Source: Eledone cirrhosa
Lineage: Eukaryota
Assembly: GCA_964016885.1 (NCBI GenBank)
Contig: OZ024740.1
Span: 303,304,001 to 303,368,000 of the forward strand
Length of the DNA: 64,000 nt
Reading direction: 5' to 3'
Position numbers and translations under genes: made by a program. The stretch's first letter is position 1. Every line of letters starts with the position of its first letter. The notes under the pieces are model-generated. The model made no database searches, was not told where the DNA came from, and saw only the letters and a program-made list of their open reading frames with translations. Shown one piece after another: positions 24,149 to 36,546 of the stretch.

Positions 24149-25095
24149 CCGTTACCTGGGGGATAAAATCAGCAGTGGGGGAGGGTGCTCTGAAAGTACA
24201 GTAGCTAGAGTGAGAACGGGATGGAAGAAGTTCAGAGAGCTTATACCACTATTGGCCGCTAAAGGGTTCTCTCTAAAAATGAAAGGCATCTAAAAATGAA
24301 AGTATGATGCCTGCATACGAACAGCAATGTTACATGGCAGTGAGACCTGGGCATTGTGTGCAGAGGATCTACGCAGACTAGAGAGGAACGAAGCTTGCAT
24401 GCTCTGTTGGATGTGTAATAGTAATATACGTGAACGACAAAGCATAAATGAACTAAGGGAGAAATTAGGAATAAGAGGAATCAGATGTTATTTACTCGAG
24501 AGAAGACTACGTTGGTATGGTCATGTGATGCGCATGAAAGACGACAGCTGTATAAAAAAGTGCAGGGCGATAAAAATAGACGGTAGCCACAGAGTAGGCA
24601 GACCCAGAAAAACCTGGGACGACTTGATAAATTCCGACCTCACACACTTACACCTCTCCAAGACAATGTCACTGGACCGAGATCTTTGGCGCTACACAGT
24701 AATACAGAAGACCCGCCTTGCCTAAGTACAAAGCGAAACCTACAGTCAGTAGGCACCTCTAACAAAAATACACCCCCGCCCCACCACCCCTTTCGATGTA
24801 AAGTTATGTTGGTACCACAACATCCAGTCCTAAATAAATGAGGTTATGTAGGTGTCACGAAAAAAAAACACACAGTCCACGCTGTAATGTGGCCGTGTAG
24901 GTAACACGGTAAAAACCTCCCATTCCACACTGTAAACGTGGTTGGTGTTAGGAAGGGCATCCAGCTGTAGAAAACCCGCCAGACAGTCCTATACGAGCAA
25001 GACAACCAATCTTGCTTCAAGCGGGAAAACTCCCGTCCAAACCCATGCTAGCGTGGAAGATGGACGTTAAATGATGATGATGATGATGATGATGA
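24149..25095 (+). mobile_element. RTE LINE 3' portion (relatively well preserved)
   Basis: FRYLGD...ARVRTGWKKFRELIPLL...MLHGSETWAL...RRLRWYGHVMRM...GRPRKTW, then the 3' UTR and a (GAT)n tail. Confidence 0.92.
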
Positions 25096-25435
25096 TATAT
25101 ATATATATTTATATTATGTAATATATTTCTAAAGTAAAACAGGGTATTTATAAGGGGATAAATGTGTAATCAATGTTATTATTTCAAAAACATGTTCCCC
25201 TTTCTGTATTACATTAGAAATATATTACATATTAAATGTATTGCCTAAAATGCAGTTTGAAGAAGTCATGTTAGTGATTACATAAGTAATAACAACACAA
25301 AAATACATATTACATCAAATTACGTAATAAAATGACTTACAGAAATCATATATATATGTATATATATATATATAGGGATGGCAACATGAATAGACCTGTT
25401 ATTTTTCTCTAAAAACATGTTTTCTAATTATTCTT

Positions 25436-25472
25436 TCTTCTGATGAAGGACTAGTGTCCGAAACGTTTAAGA
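25436..25472 (+). ncRNA. Minimal type I hammerhead ribozyme motif (Penelope-LTR type)
   Basis: TCTT-CTGATGA-a-GGAC-tagt-GTCC-GAAAC-GTT-t-AAGA: core boxes, a 4-bp stem II and a stem I. Confidence 0.6.
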
Positions 25473-25593
25473 TGTTCTTCCTGCTCTTTCAAGCGTTAAA
25501 TTTATATATTCTTTCCATATACTGTACCGATTGTGTTGTTATTTCTGTTTACCTTTTATATACATACATATTTATTTATATATATATAGGGAA

Positions 25594-25778
25594 TGTAACG
25601 TCCAGTTACAGTGGGTTCACCAGAGTAAGCAGTTCACCAGTTTGAGAGATGCCACCAAAAAGAGAGTGAGTGAGCAAGAGAGGACGAGTGACGTCAGAAC
25701 ACTCCCTTATATACTGGCCACGGGGAAATAACTCCAATTAGTTTTTTCTCCCCGGGCAAGGTGGCACTAGTCGCTACA
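25594..25778 (-). mobile_element. Possible short solo LTR
   Basis: TGTAAC...GCTACA termini and a TATATAA box on the minus strand; no TSD seen. Confidence 0.3.
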
Positions 25779-25850
25779 TACTCAATGCATAGTTTCCACT
25801 AAGTATAGAGGTGTAGAACAGAGCAGAGTGTAATAATAATAATAATAAAA

Positions 25851-26110
25851 AGGATGATTTGTTATGTTTTCATTACGTTTATTGAGTAGTGATGCGTGTT
25901 TCGCTATTGATCAGCTCAAGGTTAGATCTGTATCGATCTAGTCCGACTCAAAAGCTTGTTGGACTTCTGCTGTGATAATGATAGCAGAAGTCTGACGAGC
26001 TTTTGATTCCAGAGTCGGGCTAGATCGATACAGATCGAACCTTGAGCTGATCAATAGCGAAACGTGCGTCACTACTCAATAAACGTAATGAAGACATAAC
26101 AAATCGTCCT
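25851..26110. repeat. ~260-bp palindrome (inverted Penelope-like LTR ends)
   Basis: 25851-25970 is the reverse complement of 25984-26110, with scattered mismatches and one short indel. Confidence 0.9.
25986..26076 (+). ncRNA. Type I hammerhead ribozyme with extended stem II
   Basis: AGAAGT-CTGACGA-GCTTTTGAT...ATCAATAGC-GAAAC-GTGC-GTC-ACTACT, followed by AATAAA. Confidence 0.65.
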
Positions 26111-26123
26111 TATTATTATTAGA

Positions 26124-26455
26124 GCGGTGGATTGGCAGAAACGGTAGAGAGTCGGACACCATGCTTTGCAGCATAGTTACGGCCCTTTATGATCCGAGTT
26201 CAAATCCCGCCGAGGTTAACTTTGCCTTACGGGGTCGATAAAATAAAGTACCAATAATGTACTGGGTAATTGCTGGCCTTGTGCCAAAACTAGAAACAAT
26301 TATTATTATTATTTCAGTTCAAATCCGAGGTTAGCTTTGCCTTTCATCCTTACAGGGTCAATAAAATAAAGTAACAGTCACGCACTGGGGTCGATTTAAT
26401 CGACTTTCCACCCACCCAAAATTGCTGACCTTGTGCCTATATAAGAAACCATTAT
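26124..26455 (+). mobile_element. SINE family A, full copy plus a tandem partial copy
   Basis: Homology to 1067-1256. Confidence 0.85.
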
Positions 26456-26784
26456 AATATGTGTGTGTGTGTGATGGCGATGTGAATAGACCTCTATTGC
26501 CTGTTCCAGCTGAGGGGCTGAGGCCATGCAGGGGCACCACTATTGATGCTACACTTTCTATAGACAGGCTTCTTTGGTTTGCCATATGATGCAAAAGAGA
26601 GTTTGTTGCTGCTGCTCTTATTTGCACTTCGACTTGTGCAGTGGGTTCAGCCAGGATTTTGGTCAATAGAATGTCGAGATGTCTCTAGAAAACATCTACA
26701 TGCATCATGTAGCTCTCTCAGATTTTTTGGTGGCTTATTAAAAACATAGTACTCTAAAAATAATACCTTACCTTAGCGAAAGAT

Positions 26785-27000
26785 GATTTCTTGTATAGAC
26801 ACAAAGCCAGTAATTGTGGGGGGGGGGGGGTCGATTAAATCGACCCCAGTACGTAACTGTTGCTTTATTTTATCGACCCCGTAAGGATGAAAGGCAAAGT
26901 TAACCTCGGCGGGATTTGAACTCAGGCTGTAAAGGGCCGTAACTCTATGCTGCAAAGCATGGTGTCCGACTCTCTACCGATACTGCTATTCCACCGCCCT
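26785..27000 (-). mobile_element. SINE family A (longer 3' variant)
   Basis: Reverse-complement homology, including the B-box. Confidence 0.85.
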
Positions 27001-27383
27001 TTAGCGAAAGATAACAATACAGAGCGCCAATTACAGTTTTTCAGTAATCAATCAATTAAAAATGCAACGAAATACAATTACTATTTCAGAGAATAGAACA
27101 AATCAAAACAGAACATAATAGCCCAGCGAACGATATCAGAAACAAGCAAAATCTTTAGTGTATAAAAATAAAAACACAAAATAGACAGAAGGTCGTTTTA
27201 CATTCTGCTTGTAGTAAAAAAAAGTAATAATAATACATTTACAGTTTAGAATAAATAAAATCAAATGACTTCCTGTAGCACCTATTTCAGTATATATTTC
27301 ATAAATATGGATAAAAAACATTATTTTTAGACAATACAAACCATTTTTGTTAGAAATTCAGATATGGCTAATATTAATATATG

Positions 27384-29696
27384 TTTAAGAGTTAATATGT
27401 ATTAATGTTAGTAGCGCCACGAGTGACCAGTTCTGTAGAAAGATGTGGTAAGAATATCGGCAACGACTTTGTCTTTTTTTTTACATTATTTATTAATAAG
27501 GTTGAGCTGTGTAGAGCAGGCATGCCAAGAGTAATAAAACAAACAAATTAAGGATTTCAGAAGGCACGGTCCACTGGCTGAAGTTTGCCAGGCCGTGGTT
27601 AAGTTGTTGTGTAACATGATTTCACGACGAAAGAAAGTTAGTTGTTTACCTTTTCACAGTCAGGATGCGAGAGACAGATTTCTTAAATCAACACAGGAAT
27701 TTTTCCCTCAAGGCGCGTAGAGATACATTCTCTTCTACTGGCGCTGATTGGCTGAGCTGAGCCAAATCACGCACAGAGAATGTATGTGAGCCCGCGGAAT
27801 GTAGGTCATTACACTACTCCCCCTCTAGTCGTAAGACGATACAGATTATTGAATCAGCAGGAAAAAATGCTGAAAGAGCACATCAGTGAAAAAATAATTG
27901 AGAAGAAGGATGCATGCAAGAAGAACAATGAGGCGCTAAGGGCCGTGTTGAGCCGCTGTGTCAAATGACTAGCTGTTTTGTAGTTTATACGTGACCACCA
28001 AGGGTCTAACAGAAAACGGATAAAGTCTGACATGGGCGAAGTTGCTGTTCTTGCATTAAATGGTAATGATAAGTGTTGTACCAGTAGCTGTGGATGAAGC
28101 TATTATGGTAGTTTACCATTTCTTGCAAGAAGATGATGGGTAGGCGAGAAAATGTCGGCCTCCCAGATGTATTGCCGAAAGTGCTAGGCAGCCAGGAAAA
28201 AATGGCTGGTTGCTTTGAAAAGAAAAAAGCTAGTTGAATCTGTAGTAGTTGAAATGTAAATTCCATAATTCTGGCTAATCCATAGAAATGGTGGAAATGC
28301 TGACAGGTCCAGTTCCATTTGTTGTTTTCCCAGTGAGTCGGGTAAGGTAACAAGATGGAGGTTGTTATGGACGATGAGTGTGCAACGAGATGCGAAACTG
28401 TTTGAGTTCAGCTGCAATTAGCATTCTCGTGCTGCGGTGCAGGTGAATTAAGCTGCAAAGTGTCGATAGCATGTTTGGTGTCTCCACAAAGTGAGAAGGG
28501 ATCTCGCAGAATTTTACGACATTTGAATATCATACACTAAGAAGAACAACATGTTGGTGTGTGTCAAAGAAATATGTGTGCATATGCAGGCATGTAATAC
28601 AGCAAAGAATGTGTGGGTGCAGTCATATATACAATGATAAAGAAAATGATGCAGTCATATATACAATGATAAAAAAAAATTTGTTTTCATATAATGCAGT
28701 TCTAAAAGAATAAATGTCCGGACATTGCCTGTAAATAGAGAAAGAAAGAAATAATTGTTTCTTGAAACAAAGTTCGCCTTTTTTTCTTTGGGATCGCTCT
28801 TACTAGGAAGCTAGTAGAGTTGTTGTTGTTGTAGTTGTTAAAGCAAAGTCACAGTGAATCTTCTGTCGAATCGAAGTCGAGCGTTGAAGAGCCTAGAGTC
28901 ACCAATATGCAAGTCACGTCTGACGCCATAGTGGTGAGAAGACTGATGTCTTAATTTCTCGAGTCCCTGTGGTAACGAGACAGAAGGTATGTTGGTTGCG
29001 TCGCTAAAGTTACAAGGCTGCCACATCGCTATTCCCTGTTGTTGGTTAGTAGTTAACCATGTGTTGTCGCTGCTGCTGATGTATTTGGTAGTGGTGATAG
29101 CCATGTGTTGTTGCTGATGGCTGGTAGTAGAGAAGTACTTGGTGGTAGACATTTTGAAATTTCCTCGTGGCACAAATTTTTTAAAATACTGCTAATTTTT
29201 TTTTATTTTAAAAGGAATATTTTCTATTTACGATATTCCTCACGTCAGGTCACCAATTTAACAGTTAATATGTGTTATTGTTAGTAGCGCCACGCGTGAC
29301 CAGTTCTGTAGAAAGATGTGGTAAGAACATCGGCAACGACTTTGTCTTGTTTTTACATTATTTATTAATAAGGTTGAGCTGTGTAGAGCAGGCATGCCAA
29401 GAGTAATAAAACAAACGAATTAAGGATTTCAGAAGGCACGGTCCACTGGCTGAAGTATTGCCAGGCCGTGGTTAAGTTGTTGTGTTACATGTTGGCTAGT
29501 GATTTCACGACGAAAGAAAGTTAGTTGTTTACCTTTTCACAGTCAGGATGCGAGAGACAGATTTCTCAAATCAACGCGGGAATTTTTCCCTCGGGGCGCG
29601 TAGAGATACATTCTCTTCTACTGACGCTGATTGGCTGAGCTGAGCCAAATCACGCACAGAGAATGTATGTGAGCCCGCGGAATGTAGGTGACTACA
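27384..29696 (-). mobile_element. Non-autonomous Gypsy-like LTR retroelement (TRIM/LARD-like), structurally complete
   Basis: LTRs 27384-27813 and 29257-29696 are highly similar. TSD TATG on both sides. PBS TGGTGACCTGACGTGA from 29255 (minus strand). PPT AGAGGGGGAGTAG at 27826-27814. No recognisable gag/pol inside. Confidence 0.88.
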
Positions 29697-29877
29697 TATG
29701 TATATTTTTACTTTACAGTGTGATTAAAGTGGTTTTTAAACAAGGAAATTACTGTATTTTACTAGTGAAGAAAACAGCGTCGAGAGACCAATATATTTTC
29801 TCTAAAAAAATTTTTTTTCCATTTCTGCCACTGCCCGTTTCCTCAAACTTTCTATTTCTTCTATAATTTCTCATTCT

Positions 29878-30015
29878 ATTTTCTGATTAAGGACTAGCGA
29901 CCGAAACGTTAGGACTCTTTTCCTACTATATCAAGCATAAAACTAATAATATATTTCTTCATTGCACCGTGTTGTTTTCTTTGTTATTTCTGTTTGCCTT
30001 TTGCATTTATGTATA
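29878..30015 (+). mobile_element. Penelope-like LTR remnant with a degenerate hammerhead (CTGATTA...GAAACGTT)
   Basis: Homologous to 25430-25570. Confidence 0.55.
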
Positions 30016-30026
30016 TACATATATAT

Positions 30027-30612
30027 ATATATGGAGAATAGAATTGGCTGTGTAGTTGCTATTTAAGCTAACTTAAAATACAGTGGGAATACGAAGAAAG
30101 CAAGAACAGCGGGGGAGGGTTCCTCATCAGTTGTCTACTGAGGGTCTAGGATATTTCTACGCTTTAAAGACAAGATACGACTTCACCCCAGGGCGTCAAT
30201 AACTGGATAAGTTATTGGGAAAACGAAGGAAGAAGGGAAGGAAAGCAAAGGGGAAGAAAAGAGAAACAGTAACAAAACAGCGAAAAAAACCACAACTAGC
30301 AACTATAGGTAGGAAATCCAGGACCACTCGATAATAGAACTTAAGTTCGAGACCCAGTAATCGGGAAAAGAAGACGTCTGATGGCCGCAGTTGTAAGTGA
30401 GAAGAGAACTGCTAAACGGTCAGACGAGGGGATGAAAGTGAGAGGGAAAAAGGGAGAGGAAGAAAGTGGGGTAAGAGTAGATAGGGAGAACGTGGGGGGG
30501 GGGGGGGCGAAATAGGTAGGTAGAAGGGGGAGAGAAGAATGATCACAGCGAAAATCATGATGAAATATATGGAGAATAGAAATGGCTGTGTAGTTGGTAT
30601 TTAAGGTAACTT

Positions 30613-30620
<8 letters not shown>
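30027..30620. repeat. Repeat bounded by ~55-bp direct repeats (possibly a Penelope-like tandem end), abutting (TA)n
   Basis: ATATATGGAGAATAGAA(T/A)TGGCTGTGTAGTTG...AACTTAAAATA at 30027-30080 and 30565-30620. Confidence 0.55.

Positions 30621-30687
<67 letters not shown>
30617..30687. repeat. (TA)n microsatellite
   Basis: Pure TA run. Confidence 0.97.
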
Positions 30688-30689
<2 letters not shown>

Positions 30690-31169
30690 AGGGAGTGTAC
30701 ATATAAGTTTGCATATCTGATGTCGAAAAAAAGTAGGGGTCAGTCACCTTGATTTTTCCCGGAGCTGGTATCAAGGGAGACAACCTAGAAAAATTATCGA
30801 TTTTCCACACTACACCCCCCCCCGCTAATTTCAACACCCCTCTCACTCATTCCACTACCACCCCATATTATTTGTGACATGAAAGTCATTATGAAATATA
30901 ACTGCGACACAGGCACTCACACAGAAGTTTGAAAATCAGATAGACGGAATGTACTCTTACATGTTATGGAGGGTTGTTAACATCACTTGAAAGATCCATA
31001 CTATCTATATATAATATCTTGCTACAATTAACTGAAAAGATAGCTCAGCAAAGGCATGTCACTCTGTGACGCATCGCAAAGAAATACCTTCAAATCTAGT
31101 GTTATGACAGCCAACATGAATTAACCATGGGGAATAAACCACTAACTTTATTGGCATTCTTTAAAATCG

Positions 31170-31460
31170 GATTGTTAGCAGCCCATCTGAGAAAGAAACC
31201 CCACGAGGTGGGGTGGATGTTGCAGTGGGTGTCGCTGGCCACTGTCCGCAAAAATGCCTTTGCTGTTTTGTCTGCGGGACTCAGACTAAACACCGCCCCG
31301 ACCTATATGTAGAGTCTGCTAAACTATCCTCTTCCCTTTCTTCTATGGCCACATATTCCTGGCTTTTTCCCTCCTTTCCCTCTCATTTATGGCATTTATA
31401 GCCCTTTCTCCTACTTTCCTATACAGTCAGATCTGCCCTTCTTTACCCAGTCCCCCTTCT
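31170..31460 (+). mobile_element. CRE-like (RLE) non-LTR retrotransposon 3' fragment
   Basis: HEVGWMLQWVSLATVRKNAFAVLSAG resembles the C-terminal 'FLFQRxSxAIQRGNA' motif of RLE-bearing elements. Confidence 0.55.
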
Positions 31461-31834
31461 GTTCATTGTTTGGTTTTGTTTTCATCCTTTTGTAAATACT
31501 TTTTCTTTCATATTTCCGTCAATATTTGTAATGCTATTTATACAACTGTGAATTGATTTATTGCCTATAATTTTATTTTCTTAAAAAAAAAAAAAAAAAA
31601 ACTGGACTGATGACTGTATAAAAATATAAATAGTGATGGTAGAGTGAGACGTTTGGCATAAGTATGTTTTCCTGGTTCGATGCGAGATGAATTAAAGTTC
31701 TTTTGAAGCTACACATGTAGTGTGAAAGCAGAATTTTGTTGGGGTAAAAATAAGAGAAATAAATATCTGTAACTTGGTTGAATATAGATATGCCAACACC
31801 AGGTTAAACATATAGAAAAAGAAAGCAGCATTGA

Positions 31835-32130
31835 AAGGACTATAAATGCCATAAATGAGAGGAAAAGGAGAAATCAAGGTCTATTAGAGAATGGAAGAAA
31901 GAAAGGGGGGAAGGGGAGAGGGTGACAGACTCTACACCTAGGTCAGAGCGGTGCTTTCGCTGCGCCCTGCGGACAAAAGAGCAAAAGCAATTCCGTGGAC
32001 AATGGCCAGCGACACCCACTGCAACAGCCACCCCATCTCGTGGGCCTCCTTTCTCAGACGGGCTGTAATCGAGGACGCCTGAGGTCTCGACAGCGACCGG
32101 TGCAAAGAGGAAGCAGCCAGATAACTCAAA
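31835..32130 (-). mobile_element. CRE-like (RLE) non-LTR retrotransposon 3' fragment
   Basis: LFAPVAVETSGV plus EMGWLLQWVSLAIVHGIAFALLSAG. Confidence 0.6.
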
Positions 32131-32485
32131 CATGTCTTGTATTGAAATTAACAGAATAAAAATAAACTGAAAAGTAGATACTGCATTACATGTACACAAG
32201 ATGCAAATTAGATGTGCATAATGTGTGTGCCAGATGCTAGCAAGGTCTACATCATCTTTGTGTTATCATGCAAGTGAGTCTGTAGGAAACGAATGGTATG
32301 GTATAGTGTGACTCCGTAACTCCTGATGGTGTCGTAGGGGCGCCATATTGACATACAGCATTTCTTGGGCATGTTAAGCCTGATGGAGCCAATCTCCTTT
32401 CTATTTCTGAATACAGCAGATTTCTTCCAGAGAAGGATAGAGAGATTGAAAAAGAGGAAGTGAGAAAGAGATATAGAGGAAGAAT

Positions 32486-32632
32486 TGACCCCAGTAAAGA
32501 CTGGTACTTTTTTTTATCAACCTGGAAAGGATGAAAGGCAAAGTTAACCTTAACGGGATTTGAACTCAGAGAGCAAAGTCGACACGAATACCATCAAGCA
32601 TTCTCTCTAACAACTCTGCTAAATCGCTGCCT
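32486..32632 (-). mobile_element. SINE family A, diverged copy
   Basis: GGATGAAAGGCAAAGTTAACC...GGGATTTGAACTCAGA. Confidence 0.75.
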
Positions 32633-35600
32633 AGAAAACGAGAGCCACAGGTTGCCCATGTCTGCTTTATACTATAATACTGTACTGTATTTAATCTTTA
32701 TGTTACTTTTTTTTTATTTAAGGCCCTTCATAGTATATACTACAGGCCCTACACTAACGTAATCCAGCACTGATCTGCTGTCCTTACTAGTAAAACTAGT
32801 CTATTACTGACTAAAGTGAAGCAATGACATAGGGGAAATATGTAACATTTCAGAAAACAACCATCAATTCACCACCCAGTGCGACAATCAGTCGCATTAC
32901 ACAAGGGTTATAGTGATGGTCGTTTTTTTTCTTCTTTCTTTCGCTTTGATCACATATTTTAGTGCGTTATATTTGTGAGGTTCCTAGCAATAATTAATTA
33001 TATTAATTATGTGTTTTAAAAAAAAAAATTCATAAAATTGTGTTTCAGTGCGTGAAAACCAGGTTATCAGACCAGAAAGAAGTAACTTGAAACTTATATC
33101 TTATTGAGAGATACCGGCACTCTCACTAATCATAGGGATAACATTAAGTTGCAGCATAAACTTGGGAAATTTCCTAACTTTCGTCAGAAAAGGGCTGTTT
33201 GATTGATTGGAAATCAGGGTCATCAGCGTTGAAAATATGATGTGTGAGACATCAACAACAAACATTTTATGTAAGTTCTCTTTTATTTTACATTTACTAC
33301 CAAGACAAACATCAACTCCAGTGTGTTATCGACCCCGTAAAAATGAAAGGCAAAGCTAACCTCGGCCGACTTCATATGTTTCTGGCAGGAATGCCTTGTT
33401 CAGTATTATGTCTTGCTTGAGACTTAACTGACAGTTTCAGCTATGGTCGAAGAAGGAAAAATAATAACTTGGTTGTCTGAGTTCTGCAAGAGAGAGAGAC
33501 AGACAGATGGGGGGGGGGGGGGGGGGGGGCAAACATTTGGCTCATGGCTGTAATCTACCGAGGAAAATGTGGGTGAGAGCGTGGACTTCCGCTGTATATA
33601 ACCGAGGTGTGTTACTCCCATTGATCCAATAAAAACATGGAAAACAGTGAACGACGACCAAAACTTCACCTGGTTGTATATAAGTTTATGTTGTGAACCA
33701 ACATATGTCAATCCACCTTGTGTCAGTTCATTTAATGTTTCTCACGCCCTCTCCATGCTAATTACGAACCCTACGTCATAAGAGATTTTTCTTATACTCA
33801 AAACTTATTAGGGTGATTCATCAAGTAAATTGGTTCCTTGCATTCTCATGCCCCCCCCCCCTAACCACCACCACCACCAAAAACTCTCAGCCCCTATGGA
33901 TTTTGAGAAGCAGTCTTGTACAACCGTGTAAAATTTCTCTCTGGGACCCTGCATACAGAATCCTAATGGAAAAAAGCTAACTATTCACATGTATGTTCTG
34001 TTTAGTTTCCTATTGAAGTTTTAAGCTGAGATTTAAAACCGACCACTTACAACTTTTTCCCACAATTACAATCACTAACAGCTATGGTGTACTTCATGTT
34101 CTACTCTTTTGATCCTACTTACACAGATTTAGAATAGATATGAAATATTTCATTAAATTACCCGCTGACATAGTAGCCGCATTTATTATCCTTAAACGTT
34201 CGCAGTCAATTAATTGAAACTTGTCCTTGTTGATCTCATAGCAAGTCACTTACAAACTGCTAGATTATTTATCCCATTTTTCTCGTTTCCTTCTAATTAT
34301 TATCTCGGAGAGGTCAAATCTGTTTTTTTCCTTTGTTTTCTTTTTTTATCCATTAATTAATGACGGCTGTTGACACCTTCATTAGTGTCGAACTAGTCTG
34401 ATTGTTGAGGTGAATTGTGGCTGGCAGTTGTAAATGACAAGCGGAGTAACTCGTTCAATATATGAGTAGGTAGGCTGCTAATCACTTACACGCAGCCTTC
34501 CTTTGTTGACACTAGCTGGATCACAGCCACAGCCAGCCGTATATTTAATAAGAGGACAGAGTGTACAAACGATATTTCTTGGTTCGATTTTATTGCCATG
34601 ATAACATAACTTAAAACGTATCTCCCTGTATATATACATATATACATATATTATCTATATATACACATTTTCTTAAATATTGTATATAGGTAATTTCAGT
34701 TTATATTTAAACAACAATGAGTATACGTATGTATATATAGATGTATTATAATTAATAAGTTAAGTGGTAGAGTGCGAGCGACGACACGGTTGATTCTCAA
34801 GTATTCATTCTCGGAGTACAGTAAGAGCTTTCGTCTTCAGACAACCTGTTGAGAGTATGGAAACCACAACAAACCAGATACCAACTGCTGAATTAACCAA
34901 AGGTAAACCGCATCATTATATTATTTTACATATTGACAGTATGTCCGATATGTATTAGGATATTTTAAAAACCATATTTTTCGTATGGAATCATTCCGAG
35001 TAATAGTGTGTATAGCTTCAATATGTTACAACTATGCATTGATATTGTATCGATCGTTGTATTTATATTTTTTACTCGATTTAAAACAGAAAACCCACTG
35101 TCCCCGTCATTTTATATTGTCCCCTATATGTAGGCTCTTGTGGCCAATAAAGAAAGAATTATTTAGTAAGAAATAATAAATAAAAATATATAAATAAATC
35201 ATTATTTAGTAGTTAGTTGCGAGTTGCTGGCCTTGTGCCTAAAGTAGAAACAATTATTTAGTAGCGAGGTGTGTTCCCTATCATGAATATACACTTGCTA
35301 TTTCCATACAAACACTCAAATATTAACGTCCGAGTACCACCGTAGCCTTAAACTAGTATAAAAGTAAGTAAAAGAAACTTAAATACAACTTTAGTACTTT
35401 CTCTTTTTTCCCCATGTGTTGTTGTCTTTGTGGTTCACTCCTACCTCACCCACTATTTAAAAACAATAAAACTATTTAAGGAGCCAAAACAATTAGCTTA
35501 TCTTTTGTTTACCGGTGTGCGTAAACATTTTGTCCTTTAACCTCTTGACAACTGCTTGCTTACTCGACTGCAACCAACATTTACTCTCAGGAAATTCTAA

Positions 35601-36363
35601 TGGCCGCTGTTTTATCCATATATCTTTTTACACTCATGTAATTCACCCGTGGTAAGGGATGAATGCCACAGAGGTAGGCTCATGTTAAGCTGAACCATTA
35701 TTGTATAGATTAAGCATGAACGATAATACTGTCCAGATCTCCCTCAATTTCTCATATATATATATATGTTAGAAATCTCAATTACCCCTACTTTGATTTG
35801 TTTAATGCTGCTCAGCATTTTACACGATGAAACCTTTTGTTTACTTCCTATGTGTTCATTTTCTAAATTGTTGGTGAATGGAAAGACTTGCTGTGGGATA
35901 GCGTTATCAACATTACCATATGGATTCAAGTTAGAACTCTGTTAATTCTTTAAAAGCTCATCTATTACGACTTGGGTGCTGCTCGACTTTATGAGGAAGC
36001 ACGAATTTTATCACCCAATTCAGATAATTTTTATTTACTTAATAATTGTTTCTACTTTAGGCACAAGGCCAGCAATTATACAGTGTATTACTGGTACTTT
36101 ATTTTATCGGTTTTGATAATGCAAATTAAAGCCTCAATATGTTTACTCTTTTTATGCTGCAAAGTATTTCTTTTTTTACACGTGAATTGTGTTGGGGACT
36201 CAATTTTGTTAAGCAAATGGCTAACAAATGTTCCCCGTCGTGAGGCATTAGCCCTTCACAAGAAATTTACCCACAAATTTCAGAATTATCAATATAAGTA
36301 GAAACTAAATGGCCTTAAGGGTATATTGGATTACTTACTCAACGGTATTGCGTTCAAATCCAC

Positions 36364-36546
36364 TGAAAGTGCGTTGTTGTGTAAGATGAGCTGGACAGGT
36401 AGAAGAGACCGGGGCTAGATTAATTGAAAGTGTGTTATTGTGTAAGTTGAGCTAAACAAGTAGAAGAGACCAAGACTAGATTATCTGAAAGCATGTTGTT
36501 GTCAAGGTTGAGCTGGACAGGTAGAAGAGACCAGGGCTGAATTAAC
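36364..36546. repeat. ~60-bp tandem repeat x3
   Basis: TGAAAG...GTTGTG..AAG.TGAGCTGGACAGGTAGAAGAGACC repeated three times. Confidence 0.85.
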
